Shown here piece by piece: positions 24,415 through 37,406 of a stretch of DNA of 64,000 nucleotides. The DNA comes from Takakia lepidozioides (lineage: Eukaryota; Plantae; Bryophyta). A model generated the notes under the pieces. It searched no databases. It was not told the origin of the DNA and saw only the letters and a program-made list of their open reading frames with translations. How positions within the stretch are numbered: the first letter of the stretch is position 1; each line of letters begins with the position of its first letter. The translations under genes were made by a program, and so were the position numbers. The stretch is from assembly GCA_030704615.1 (NCBI GenBank), contig CM060733.1:53258001-53322000 (forward strand), in the 5' to 3' direction.

Positions 24415-24887
24415 GAGCTAGATATCATTCAAGCCTTTGAAAGCACCGAAATTTTGTGGGATGCTTGCAGCAATCTGAAGATCATCCACCCTCATGTTCT
24501 CGCACTGCGACTTTCAGGCATTCTCACTGGTATTAAATTATGGATCCAAGTTCGAGTTTATGCATCCTTCTCATTCATATGAAAACTGAAATGTCCTTAA
24601 GACCGAGATCATGAATATTAGGTTTGTCTCAATTTGTAAGGAGTAATGCATACCAGCAGAAATATTCTGCAGAGGCCTTAAGTACATATTTTGCAGGTCT
24701 GCTTACAAGAAACAAGAAACGAGATATGCTGTGTGTAAATTACTAATTATTCGAGATCCGGATATAATGCAGATCAAACAAGAATACTAGCATTTCTAGC
24801 ACATCTACCTCACATGCTATGGACAGGTGTTGTTTCAGGAGTAGTGTATGTTTATCAGCGCAACTTGGTGGCCTTCCAAGCTATATG
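24415..24887 (+). pseudogene. REC8/RAD21-type kleisin N-terminal exon fragments
   Basis: ELDIIQA, exon NLKIIHPHVLALRLSGILT(G) and exon GVVYVYQR match the Rad21/Rec8 N-terminal LDIIQIC...MALRLSGILMGGVVIVYER. Rest of the gene not found. Confidence 0.7.
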
Positions 24888-26544
24888 GTAAGGCCTTTAA
24901 GCTGCTCCTCGGTTGCTCAGATGCCGATGACGTTCATTCTCATCCACGGATACATCACGTAGATTAATTCACGCTAGAACTTTACCTTGCAGTTCATTGC
25001 CAGAACAAAGTCTTTGTGCATACGTAACCTCCTCGATATTTTATGATCAATCTATCTCGATGGCAAGCTCGATTTGATCGCTAATTTCGACTATTGTTGT
25101 TGCACGTCTCCAGTTGATCAACCAGGAGAAACGGCAGGGTGAGGAACTGAAGCACGCCAAAATGCTGGCGTAGGAGCTCTTGGAGCTGTACCTTGTTTGT
25201 CTCCATTAAATGGCGGTGGACCAGCTCCTTGCTCGCACTGGTTCTTGAACTTGATGGAGGCCAATTTTTCTTAAAGATGCCGACGAACATTCATGCCTTT
25301 TTTTGTAAATGTGTTGTAAAAGGTCCCAAACATCAGTAGAAAAATGTAAAAGGGTAGTAGCCGGGAGGTAGATAGATGCCTGAGCTCGGAGGATGGGTCA
25401 ATGTCATGGCTGTGTTCCGTGGAACCGGGGCGTCCTGGGCAACCGGGAATTCAAAGCCTGACTGCATCTACATCGTCCAAGAGCCAGATGGAAAAAAAAA
25501 AAGCAGAGGGGATAGAGGGGCCTGGCCTGTGCTCCATTTGCCTTCTGCAAAGGAGGGGGATGGAGCCGGCCTCCACCTACTGACTGTCATAGTAACATGC
25601 AGTCTCGCCGAGCGGGAGGTGTACTCTTCCCGTGATGACGCACAATGTACCCGTACATTGGATCAACAAGCCATCAAGCTCTTTGAGAAGTTCTGGTCCT
25701 ACTAAAGCAGCCATTGGAAAGTGCTCTACTTAAAGCAGGGTTAGTAACTGCTGGAGGCACACAGAAATGGAATTGAGGCTGAGACAATTGGAATTGATGG
25801 AATTCTGCAGTCCCATCTGGATGCAATGGAATTGCTACTGCAATTTCGGTATGCAAGCATGCCACACGTACAGAATATCCTTGCATGCACACGTCCTCCA
25901 CCTCCCTCTGCCCTTCACCATGAAGATGACGGTTGCCGGAATTGTCCACCAGGCAACAGAGTTTCTGCCTTGGCTTGAGCTATTCGTGTTGGCAAAGGGG
26001 CACTGTAGCCTAGTCCCAGGGACCGCTCCCTTATGGATTAGCAAAAAGACCATGAACGCAGGCCCAGGACAGGGGTGCCTGGGCTGCAGCCCGGGCTAGC
26101 CGGGCTTCATGCCCTGGACACTGCGAGGTAGGTGTGGGAACTTTGAGGAACAATTTTAGAGCATTTGCGGTCAGCTGCCCAGAAATGAACGGCCGAGATC
26201 TGATGTAGGATTTCGAAGGCCACGATTTCGTCTCTCTCCTCTCCTCCGTGTCTCTCGCCTTGCCCAAGCACTCGAAGCCCGCGTGCAACGATCCGAAAGT
26301 GTCTTCAATCCCCCTGGCCAAAAACAGCAATCTTCATCACTTGTAATGGACTGTACAGCTGCTCATCTGTTATGGGCAGGCATATTAGGGTGTCATTGTT
26401 ATGAAGTCAATGTCAGTGGGAGCTGTGGACTGAAACATTGTTAACACTTGTGAGGCTCCAAACATTGGATGCACATGTTGAAAAAGACTCTCTTACCCAT
26501 CCCCCTGCAAGTCGACCAATGCCTCTTTTGGGACTTGTGGGCAT

Positions 26545-26890
26545 GTGAAGATGCTTTGTGAGGCAGGCAGACTCATAGAGGCTCTACAGATTTTAAATCA
26601 AGGAGGAATTTCAGCAGATTCAGAGATGTATGTCCGTCTCTTGCATATGTGCATCAAGATGAAAGGCCTGGAAGCCGGAAAGCAGGTCACATTATCGATA
26701 GTGGATTCAAAGCCAAACGTTTTTCTACACAACACCCTTCTCAACATGTACGTTAAGTGTGGGAGCATCATGGATGCTCACCAAGTGTTCCACATAATGC
26801 CTCAACGATCTTTGATCACGTGGAATGTAATGTTGGCAGGATTTACCAAGCATGGGTGTGATACAAATGCTTTGGAGAGCTATATTTATG
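26545..26890 (+). pseudogene. PLS-class PPR protein fragment
   Basis: LCEAGRLIEALQIL, NVFLHNTLLNMYVKCGSIMDAHQVFHIMPQRSLITWNVMLAGF; truncated. Confidence 0.85.
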
Positions 26891-26940
26891 TTTTTGGGGT
26901 TGTGGGGTAATAGTTGGATGCTGGGCAATTGAACATGCAG

Positions 26941-27099
26941 TCCCCATTAGAAAAAGATGAACAAGCCAAGGCTGCACTCATGGGGCAAATTCAGCGGCTA
27001 ACGAAACTTGTTCTTATCTCTACCAAAATATCAAACACCCCTGCCCCTGTCACTGAAAAGCCCACTCACCGACAGCGACACTCCTATGGTGAAGAAGAG
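26941..27099 (+). pseudogene. Kinesin-7 (plant CENP-E-like) stalk exon fragment
   Basis: EKDEQAKAALMGQIQRLTKLVLISTK...HRQRHSYGEEE followed by a GT donor; resembles KIN7 AKAALMSRIQRLTKLILVSTK...RRHSFGEEE. Confidence 0.8.
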
Positions 27100-29576
27100 G
27101 TAATTCCAAAAAAATTCAGCAGTTGGATGGAAGTACATCAGTCTTCACCCTCAACAAGGATTACAATGGATGCTTGAACGTTTCATGTGAAAGCCAGCCA
27201 TCATCTACAAGACTTTATATGGACCCTTTTCACACGCCTGACTAATTCATTCATCTCTGGAATCATTGCAGTTATACAAGCTTGTTCAAGATGAATGATC
27301 AACTATCATGCTAACAAGATTCCCTGGGTATCTGTAATTCCCATTTGATGAGAATTTTCCCTCACAATTCACATCCATCTTGCACATTGGACACCTTGTA
27401 AGAATTCGTGGGCTTTCCCTGGAAGAGAAAGGGGTCAACTTCTCCATAGTGGAACCAGGAAATTCAGTTCATTGATAAATGACCACCACAGATATGACAG
27501 AATCTCCTAGACTTGCATGCAATTTTTTGTATAGTTTGTTGTCAAGTTTTCTGCCAGTCAGAAGAGACTATATTCACTTTAACATCAAGAACACAGGCCA
27601 AACCCCTAGGTACTTCAGTTCACCCCAGGGAGTAGGTACTGCCTAATGTTGGAAGATGAGCAGTTTTTAATCATCCATTTCCAGCAAGCTAAATTCTGCC
27701 TGTAGCTGGGTTGCCATACCACCCACAGTATGACCCATCAGTAAGAAACTCTACAGGATTCAATCAGGTCTTCTGCATGGCAAAAAGCAGGCATTACATC
27801 TGGACACTGCAACGCAGTATAGCTCTTTCAAGGAGTGGAAACAACGATCTACCACCAAACCAAAGAGAACAGCTGAGGGGGTGTTAGTGCTTGCGAGCAA
27901 CACGTCGCTCATTGGGATTTCGCTGGCCACCGAAAATTGCAGCAGCATGTCTCACTTGAGAGCCCTTTCCTATTGTCTGGATGCCAGCATGTTTGAACAC
28001 TGTATTCATCGAAGTGAACACCTCTGAAGCCTGCCACACCAATTGAAACCACAACGTAGAATCAGACAGCAAGTATCACACGGTGACATCCACCCAATCT
28101 ACTTTTCCACGGCTATATAATTCCACAAGAATTGATTGAATATTTTCCCCCACCTACCCCGCAGTGTCCAGGACATGAAGCCCGGCTAGCCCGGGCTGCA
28201 GGCCAGGTGCCCTGCGGCCCAGGCACCCCGGTCTTGGGGCCCAGGCCAAAACCATGATTTTTAACTCAGTCCTGTACTGATGTCCTGGGCCTGCGTTCAT
28301 GGTCTTTTTGCTATTCCATACTCCCCACACCCCCAACCTCTCCGTCCAGGAGGTTTTGGTCAGAATTGGTCCAGGAGCACGTCCATGGCGGGCTCATGCT
28401 GCTCCAATTGCTCAAACTGCAACGAGTGATCCAGTGGATGCTGCAATCCTCCAGGGCTCTTCCCTCCCGCACCCATCGCTCCTGGATTTCTCTCACACTC
28501 TGCTCGTTTTTCGGACAATTCCTCGACTCCTCTCCGCCATCCCTGCGCTGCACAGCAAAGCAGAGCAGAGTACCGCACGGATACGGAAGCCAAAAGAGCC
28601 ATTCTGGAAAAGATTCCAAAATACCATGGACCTGAAGACAAGATGCCAAAAACCATAGGACTTGGGAAGAATATTCTTTAATATCAAGATAAGATTCTAG
28701 GAGAATCTCTTTTATCCTCAAGGACAGATTCTTTTATGCTCGAGACAAGATTCTCTTGGGCTTGACATAGAACCTCAGGCCAAAATACGTATAATACCTT
28801 CCAACAAAGTCGTATAAAGTAAATTTAATACATATATTTTATTGGCATTTCCTCATCGGTCAGCTTTAGTAAAAATTTGTAGCCTAAGGACATAAGGCTT
28901 GAGGTTGTAAGACCTGGGGCAATTCGGCTTGGGCGTAGGCTTTGAGGTCGTTTGTCCATAACTAGGCCTTAGGCCCTAAAACTAGATCCGAGGCCACATG
29001 ACCTCAGGCCCTAAACCCTAGGCCACATGACCTCAGGCCCTAAACCCTAGGCCACATGACCTCAGGCCCTAAAACCCTAGACCACATGTATATAATATGT
29101 TTTTAATATTTTCGGAAAATTGGGGAACAAAGAAGGGAACCGCCCGGTTTAGGGCTCCGCAGCTCAAGGCCAGAGTTTTGCTGCTGCGCGGCAGAGGAGC
29201 TCTTTCCAGATCGAGAGAGTACACCAAGCAAACTCTGGTCTTGTGTGTCATGTCTGAAGGCTTCATTGCATACCACTGATCCTCTTTCAAAGCAACAACC
29301 GCTTGACTGTCCAGGCTTTGCAGGTAACAATGAGCTCATTCGATCCTTTGCTGTCTTCCTCGGTGCCTTGTTTATGATTCCATGGAAATTTTCATTCCTG
29401 CAGAGTTTGTTCGGCTTTTGTGCATGGCATTGCTGTAGCAAGCGCCCCAGCTGAAACCAAGGAACTTGACCTGCAGAATCAGAAGCTTGAAGTCACAACG
29501 AACGATGATGATGATGTGGAACAGCGGGTGGAAGCTTGTCGTAGTGCACTTCCAAATTCATGTCGTGAACCCTGTA

Positions 29577-29645
29577 TTTTGGTAGACCCTGCTAAAAATG
29601 CCGTTTTTGCTGTCTGATACTCCTCTAACGAGAAGCAAGCAATCT
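29577..29645 (-). pseudogene. SGT1-like TPR exon fragment
   Basis: IACFSLEEYQTAKTAFLAGS resembles SGT1 TACMKLEEYQTAKAALEKGA. Confidence 0.55.
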
Positions 29646-30397
29646 TGCACAACAATAGGCCCACTCATTATGTTCAATTTCCCATAGTTGCTATCGGAAT
29701 CTCCAGGCAAGGATAAGCATTAAAGATGTGTTAGTAGCCTGTGACCAAATAGTAAAAGCTCCCATGCAAGGTTCTATGCATCCAGGTTGTGTGAGCAGCA
29801 ATAAGCTGCAAACTAATCAAGCAACAACTAATAGAAACCCTGATACTTGTGTGTATCTGTGACTTGGCAGAGGACTGGGCATAAATGACATTTGGTGGGT
29901 CTCAAAAGTGGGTCCACATCTGAACGTTGTCACTTGGGGCTGCAAGTTATCGTGATTCAGGGGTGACTCTAACTGAATCACCATTGACAAGGACAGTAGT
30001 GGCAAGTAAGTTCTACCTTTGGAGAGAAGCTACATGTGGATGAGAAGCTTTGTTACCAAATTTTGCAAATACAAGATCCATTATGCATAGGTGACTACCA
30101 TCCATGTATCTGTGTGGTGCCGTGAAGAGCTAATTGGTGCTTTACATCTCACCATGGGATTGCAGGTGCTGTTTAGGGAAGACACCACTGTGGACGACTT
30201 GATTCATGTGATAGAAGGCTAAATACAGCAGTGGTGGGACTAGCCAACAACTGACAAGGCAATCCAGCATGCAGTACCTGGACAGTTTCTTTTTTCAAAG
30301 GAGGTTCATCCAAGAAGCAAGAAAAACACTTTGATGCTGTCATCTTGACAGTGAGTTGCAATGCCTTGCTGTCTTTACCCTGTAATTGGCTATATCT

Positions 30398-32395
30398 GGA
30401 AGTGCACCAGTATGCACATTTTCTTTGAGATGTGGAAAATGCAAGTGATATCCGAGAGTAACTACTGCTCAATCTGATGCTCTGTGAAATTCCTGGTGTG
30501 GCTGGCTTCACTCTCTTGCCAATTAAAGTTATCTCTCTGAAGTACTGAATGACTTGGTGAGAAAATGGCAGTCACGGGATTGACAATATGGATTATTCAT
30601 TCTGGTTTCTGTTCCAGGAGCATGTTGTCCCTCGAACTTGTTTTCTTATGCTGCAGTCATCCTCACTCAAACAGACTGCTGCTCAGGTGGATTGCAGGGA
30701 TATCAGCAGATGAGAAGGCAAGACTGCTACACTGTGTTGTTGTAGGTGGTGGTCCTACAGGGGTGGAACTCAGTGGTGAGCTCAGTGACTTCATCAGGAG
30801 AGACGTCTACGGCTAGTTCGGCCATGTGAAAGATTTTATCCAGGTCACACTTATTGAGGTCTGTATACTACTTGCTTTTTTCTATACCTCTTCAACCCCC
30901 TTGTCATCTGTCTGGTCCTCTAAATTTGCTTCTAGGCAAGTTCATTCCTTTCTCTTTCCATCTGGGCTTGCTCTGGACATGCTTTCTTTCTTATAAAGTA
31001 CGTCATAAAGTACCATTTCATTTCATTTCATTTCTTCTTCTCTCTTGTACTGTCAGCATCTAGGCAGTTCTGTGTTCAGCTGCCTATTGCTTCCATCAAC
31101 TAGATATAAATTGTTCTTTATGTGTGTCTTAATGGTCATGCCAGGCAAAGGAGATTTTGTCATCTTTTGATGTTCGACTCCGTGAGTACGCGACCAGGCA
31201 CCTGATCAAGGTATGGGGTAGTGCCTAACGTGCCTTGTGCAGTTGAAGGAAAGGTTATGCTGAGCAGACGACATTGATTTATGTCTATAGAGCTTTCTGA
31301 AGTTGTTGCGAGTCTTTCAGAAGGCCTGACCTTACAACTTGGTGGATCCAAGTGTCCCGCGCTATTGTCGAAATGCCTGAACTATGGCTGATGCACGAAT
31401 GCAATAATTGAGTAACAGGAGATGAGATTGACATTGTAGCAGACTGCACGACTCTGATTTCAGCACTACTTACCCTGACTCATAGAGAGGCGACTTGTGG
31501 GATGAGTCTCCATCGTCAGTCAATTGTAGGGTTTGGAGGGATAAGCTGGAGGGTCTTAAACGCATAACTGTTTTCAGACTGGGGTAAAGCTGATGCAAGA
31601 TGTAGTCAAGGATGTTCTGCTAGACAAATTAGTGCTTACAGATGGGACGGAGGTGCCATATGGGCTGCTGGTTTGATCAACGGGTGTTGGATCTTCTTCC
31701 TTTGTCCACTCCTTACCTGTGAAGAAGTCCCCTGGTGGAAGGTGCCTGGTCTTCCTGAGACAACTCTCTTTTTTTCTCTTCCAAGGCTTCTTTCACTTAA
31801 TTGGAGTCTCTCTTGCTGAATGGAATATATTTGTTGGCTGGTGTTTCAATCACAGCTTGGCAGTTGATCCAGTTACTAATGGAAGCCCTACCGCGAACAA
31901 AGAGTGTAAGCATTTACCATACACTATCATAATGCATTTGGCTCTTATCTGGTTCAAGGCATATAATATATTCGAAAATTTATCAACAAGAGCACAAATA
32001 GAGTATGACTCTTGGGATACATTTTACTAACCCAACACATTATCAGACATCTTTATATTAACACTAGGTTTGTTAATTGCTAGATGAAGCTGCAGTAGGC
32101 CCTTCTCCTACAAAAGTGATTTTTGACTGATAGTCATATGTAACTGCTTGGAACTGGCTTTGTGTATGCAATCGGCGATTGTGCTGGCTATCTCGAGAGT
32201 ACTGGCAAGAGTGTCAGCATTGCAGCCACTTTCACGTCCAGTCCTATATTTCTCGACTGATTCTATGTGGATAGTAGTGCTCAGTGAAATTCAGTTGTTT
32301 GCTTCTTTGGGGGAGTGCAGGTTGCTGAGAGACAAGGAAAGTACCTGGGCAAATCTTTGAACAAGCTGGCACAAGCAGGTGGTGGTCACGCTGGT
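30398..32395 (+). pseudogene. Type II NADH dehydrogenase (NDA-type) fragment with introns and stops
   Basis: Exons LLLNLMLCEIPG; [24 protein letters not shown]; EILSSFDVRLREYA; [16 protein letters not shown]; AIGDCAG; VAERQGKYL. Confidence 0.9.
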
Positions 32396-33899
32396 AAGGC
32401 TTAGCTTGAGGAAACATTCTTCTATTTGTCAAGTAGTCTCTTAGGATTTGGAATGATCTGTCAGCTTGCTGCATCTAACACTAGCACAGTTTAGAATCTA
32501 GATCCAGTAATTCAAATGTATATCCTTCACTGAAATTCATAGTGTAGATTTGCTAACTGTCTGGACAATGTGCACGGTTGTGCTTGACCCTGAAGCTAGG
32601 TCTGGCCATTCTGCTGCAACCAGCTACATCACTGGACCTTTCCAGCCAATTTCTAAATTCGTCTTTCACCATTAGCTTCTCGCTATTGTCCCTTGCTCTT
32701 GCTAATGGACCATTATCTTTGGGACCTATCCATTGTAGAGTAAATGATATAGCAGATCTGGATCATTGTCTCAAGATCTTTGTATGGTGGGAGAAAAAGA
32801 AGGTGGAGGCCTGTAGATGCTTGAATGCAAGGCTCGTCTGATTTGTGCAAAAGCTCCACTGTGATCTTTGAACCCCCAAATTATCCCAACCCTGTTATAA
32901 ATATAGCAAGTCGGATGTGCTCTGCATACGATATAGCATGGATTGTCTTTGTGAAGAATGCTTGTTGCATTTCATGAATGAAGGTATGGAATGATACCTC
33001 CCGTAGGAACTGGTCAGCCTCTATAGTGCAAAAACCTGAGAATGTGGTCCGTAGAGCCTGCACGAAAGCTTTTTTTTTTTTCTTCTGTCGCAGGGACTTG
33101 TTCAATGGCTTTGTAGAAGCCAGCCCTAAGTGGTTTGCCCACACATTCTCTTCCATTGAAAAGATGACTCCAGACTTTGCCCCCAATTTTCTTCTCGACC
33201 TGTGTACGCCAATCAGTTTCATCAAGGTGGAATTCTGAGAAGCTCCAACCTAATTCCTCAAAAATCTCCTCCGTAGCGAGCTTTGTAACCAGTTGTTGGG
33301 CCTCATGGTAGGAATTGCGCAACAATTTGAGCACACTCCACTTAGATGCCCATCCAAGCAGGAAATCCCTTTTTAAGTCAATCTGGGGTCCACGCCTTCT
33401 GATAGGTCCTTTGATTCAGGAACTTGGTTGCATAGCATAGCATAATCAACGTCGAAAATGAAAAGGGCTGAGAAACCTCTAGATGATTAGTTGCAATCAT
33501 CCAAATCAAATGCCCCACCATGTAGCAGTAGCAAATTGCAATAGCAGTAGTGTATGGATAGCCAACTTACCGCATCCAGTTGTATATCAGGTCGTACAAC
33601 CTCAGTGTCAAGCAGAGGGTGCAGAATTTTCCCCTCGCAATTGTTGGGATACTAAAAAATGGAGTTGTAATTCTGCACATGCCAAGCCAATCTTCAGTCC
33701 AGCCCTGATGAACTAATTACTCAATGTTTGTTGCTACATTCGCAAGATGTGGGATTCCAGGATGTCTGCTTCCAAGTCTGAGTGTGCCACACAATATGCT
33801 CAGAACTGGCTTAGGCACCACCTGTACATAAGAACATGCCACCTGTTCTATTAGTTTAGTCCTCAATGCCTGTCAGTCTAGGACACATCATCATACTAC

Positions 33900-34470
33900 T
33901 CACACCCCAGATCCTTCCAGGAATAAATGGGTGTGCCAACCGTGCTCTCTCATTTCCAAAAGAGCTGGCAGGTGTGTCTCTGTCTCCTTGCTCTAAGACT
34001 GCTCCGCAGGCTCCTTCACAGCCACTCAAGTACTCTTTATCCTTGCTTAGTCTTGCAACGTGGGCTGCCAACAACCAACCACGGACAGTATCCTCCCCTG
34101 TTGCTAATTGGTGTAACACTAGGTCTGTTGACTTCTCCCCAAAGCTCAACAAATCCGTTCATTCTGGAACCTCTGGACCGCAATTCGACAGGCCAAGAAA
34201 CAGAGCTGGTCTGCAGATCCTCCATCTGTCAATACTCTCCTCCACTCACGCAGATTAATATATGCGTAATATGGACTTTATCTGGGATGAAATCACTTGA
34301 GCTGTTGTAAAACCTGAGACAAACTCAAAGCGCCAGAGCTACATAAAAGTGGAGATTCAGAAGAGAGAGAGGGAGGAAACCTTCATGAAGTCAGCCACCA
34401 GCATGGCAGTGCGTTGTGCATTGAGTGTATTGATAGGGGCTGCCCGTATCTCCTGTGTCACACTGTACGA
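33900..34470 (-). pseudogene. RUS2 (ROOT UVB SENSITIVE/DUF647) C-terminal fragment
   Basis: EIRAAPINTLNAQRTAMLVADFMK; TDLVLHQLATGEDTVRGWLLAA; GWHTHLFLEGSG; frameshifted. Confidence 0.75.
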
Positions 34471-34707
34471 ATGGATGGCTGAAAGCAAAGGTGCCAATAA
34501 CAACTGCCACATCAAACCTCCTTAGAATCTTATACAACACCAAACCCCCTTTCTCAAGGTATAACAAAGCAAGCTCGAAAGGTGAATATGAGGGGATGGC
34601 ATCTTGCATATGCAGAATGATTGGTTGCACAAAATTGGCCTATATATTAAGTAGACAGATACATGTGCAGATACAAAGAATGGATTGGGTAAATAGCATT
34701 TACAAAC

Positions 34708-34780
34708 CTATCGCAAAAATAGTAACCAAGAGCTTCAAACAATATTTTTCCCAATGTCGTCTTCGCACTGCCCATCATGC
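34708..34780 (-). pseudogene. Shikimate kinase P-loop exon
   Basis: AG|(G)MMGSAKTTLGKILFEALGYYFCD|GT; resembles plant SK GMMGSGKTTVGKI..LGY.FFD. Confidence 0.75.
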
Positions 34781-37406
34781 CTGCAACAGCAACCAAGAAA
34801 TCTATAAGTCACCATTGTGCACACACAGCAGCCAAACAACATAAACAGCTGTCTTGTTCTAAAAAACATTTGATGTTCTCAGCAAATAATATTTGACAAT
34901 GTGGTCAGTAGGGGCACTCATTCCAATAAAACGACACTACAGCTGCCTGTACAGGAAAGGATGTAAGTTCAAGCTCACTCACTTGGAGTTTCCACCTCTA
35001 TACCATGAAGTTGATGAACGGTCCCATTGCCAAGCGGCTGCCACAGTACACCCGTAAATGTCAGTCCCCAGAACACCCCATTGCCTTCGATCAATCAGGA
35101 GTGAACGTCAGAAAATAATCCTACTTGCAGTCTCCACTTCCATTTGGTCTCTCTCTCAGGTAGACAATGTCTGTCAGGGAGTCAGATGCACATTTGCACA
35201 TCTACACGGAAATCAAGAAACAAATCTGCAGCATACTCCAGTCTGGTGGAAACTGTTCTGACACAATCTCTCCCATTAGTACAACTCTACCTCCTATTAC
35301 ATAGTATTGCTGCAGCACAATGATAAATAAAACTGCTTGCTGGCATTTAACTTTGGAGAGACCAACGTGATTCCTAGTGGACCAGCTTGCTTTGATTACA
35401 TAAGTAAACCATCCTTAAGAAACATGTCGTTCAGGGGAATTACCAACTCCTCTACGGCCGCCGCACTATCCTGAATGTAGAGCTCACTGGCCTTGACGTT
35501 TCGGTGAGAGACTCCAACCCTGGAATCAGGTCTTGCTGCTTCCCACCTACACGCACCTTGCCATGAAACACGTCCAAAGCGGTCCGATGACGATGACACG
35601 GATTGCCAAGTTCCATTTTCAATAAGAGATGAACAATGGCAATCTCTGCCGTACAAAGCCCCCTTCACCGGAAGGTAGGGGGTTGGAGGCATGAGTGTCT
35701 ACGGCCAACTGCTGCTCATGGCCTGCTAGTACTACAATTGGACCTGCCAAAGATGAAACAAATCTCTGCAAGGCCATTCAAGTTTTATTAGGCAATGAGA
35801 CTTTGTGACACCACTTCCACTTTCAAACAAATTCACATGGGGAAAGGGCTAAGGCAAGCTACGGATGTACTGGGGCCTATCTTGCTGGGCAAGTCAGAAT
35901 TGCAGTCAGAATTGCAAACGTGTTGCTGCAAAAACAGGAATTTTGAGGTGAGGCAGCCAATCTTCTTGCAGACCGAAAGCCGTAAAGTATGAAAAAGGAC
36001 ATAGATGGACAGGATTGCTCAGTCGTTAGAATGGGAAATGTCATACCTGCAAGCCAGCTTCAGAGTAAACTCGAAGAAAATGAAGACCAGTAGCTGCTGC
36101 AGCCCAACCATTGCCAATTACCACTGCCTTGACCTCCTCTTCAATAGGAAACCGCATCGACCGCTGCACGACACTCAAATTTCGTAAATCACCGAGTTTC
36201 TTCAAGACCAGAGTTTGCTTGGTGTACCTTCTCGATCTGGGAAGAGCTCCTCTGCCGCAGAGGAGCAGCGGCAAAACTCCCGCCTTGAGTTGCGAACCCC
36301 TAAACCGGGTGGTTCCCTTCTTTGTTCCCCGATTTTCGAAGAATATTAAAACGTATTATGTACATGTGGCCTAAGGTCTTAGGGCCTGAGGTCATGTGGC
36401 CTAGGGTCTTAGGGCCTGAGGTCATGTGGCCTAGTGTCTTAGGGCCTGAGGTCATGTGGCCTAGGGTCTTAGGGCCTGAGGTCATGTGGCCTAGGGTCTT
36501 AGGGCCTGAGGTCATGTGGCCTAAGGTTCTAGGGCCTGAGATCATGTGGCCTGGGATGGGGATCCTAGGGCTTGAGGTCCCATTGTCTGAAGCTGAGGTC
36601 ACGTGGCTTGAGGTCTACGGCATGAAGTTTTTTTATGACTGCCCATCCCTTATTTTTTCAGATAAGATATACGTATTTTGAAAATATATAGAAAATACAT
36701 TATACGTCTTGAGGTTGAGCCTCAAGCCAAGGACATTAGCTCAAGCCACATTGCATCTCAAAGCCTACAGAATCTTTACCTATGTTTCTGGAATATTCCA
36801 CTCAAGTCCCAAGGCCTGCGGCTCCAACCATGATAGCTGTTTTGGGATTCCATACACGGAGCCCCATTGGCCTTCTTCTTACGTGGTAAGGACAGGATTA
36901 CCTCCAGGAAGGTTGTGTCTCAGGCAACTGCCGCAGAATTGTCGGCAGACAGCAACTCCTTCGTCGCTGTTCGTAGTTCGTTTCTTTTTCTACCCATTCC
37001 AGACTGATAAACGAACTTTATTCTCAGTTTCTTTTTCTAATCACCCAAACCGAAATAGTATACTGTTGGAATCCGTCAGTATTGTCCAATCTTTTTCCAT
37101 TATATTGTAACTTTTGAAAGTATAGCTTATCTTTTTTTCAACTCTATCTTTTCATTTAGTAAAAAGCAGCCAAACGGATACTTTAAGTAAAGTAAAAGAG
37201 CCACATCACAAGTATATAATGATGGGTGAGCTTAAGCTTCTCTCTATCACACACTGACCAAGCAAGTTTCTTGTGTTAAGTTACTTGTGATCTGTTTTGT
37301 GGTCGTATCTCTCTCACAAAATTGTATCCGCACTCACTTCATTTTGGTCTTCTGTGCACGTAGTTTTGGAGTTTATTGTGTTCAGGTGCGATTAGTGTTT
37401 ATAGCA

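Larger units (their letters stand above)
26032..28320. mobile_element. Non-autonomous TIR element carrying gene fragments (Pack-type)
   Basis: 26032-26134 is the reverse complement of 28151-28320 apart from a ~65-bp indel. No transposase; TSD ambiguous. Confidence 0.75.
28657..36853. mobile_element. ~8 kb Pack-type TIR element with long inverted repeats containing ~30-bp tandem arrays
   Basis: 28975-29243 is the reverse complement of ~36203-36550, including (AGGCCACATGACCTCAGGCCCTAAACCCT)n arrays. Weaker outer match 28658-28676 vs ~36792-36810. Outer limits are approximate. Confidence 0.8.

Noticed and set aside
32600-33420. Possible degraded LINE ORF2 on the minus strand
   Set aside because: No diagnostic motif could be identified.
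36363-36550. 30-bp repeats as a CRISPR array or repeat protein (ORFs 36300-36602, 36322-36681)
   Set aside because: Units are contiguous with no spacers, the context is eukaryotic, and they mirror the array at 28990-29090 as part of a TIR.
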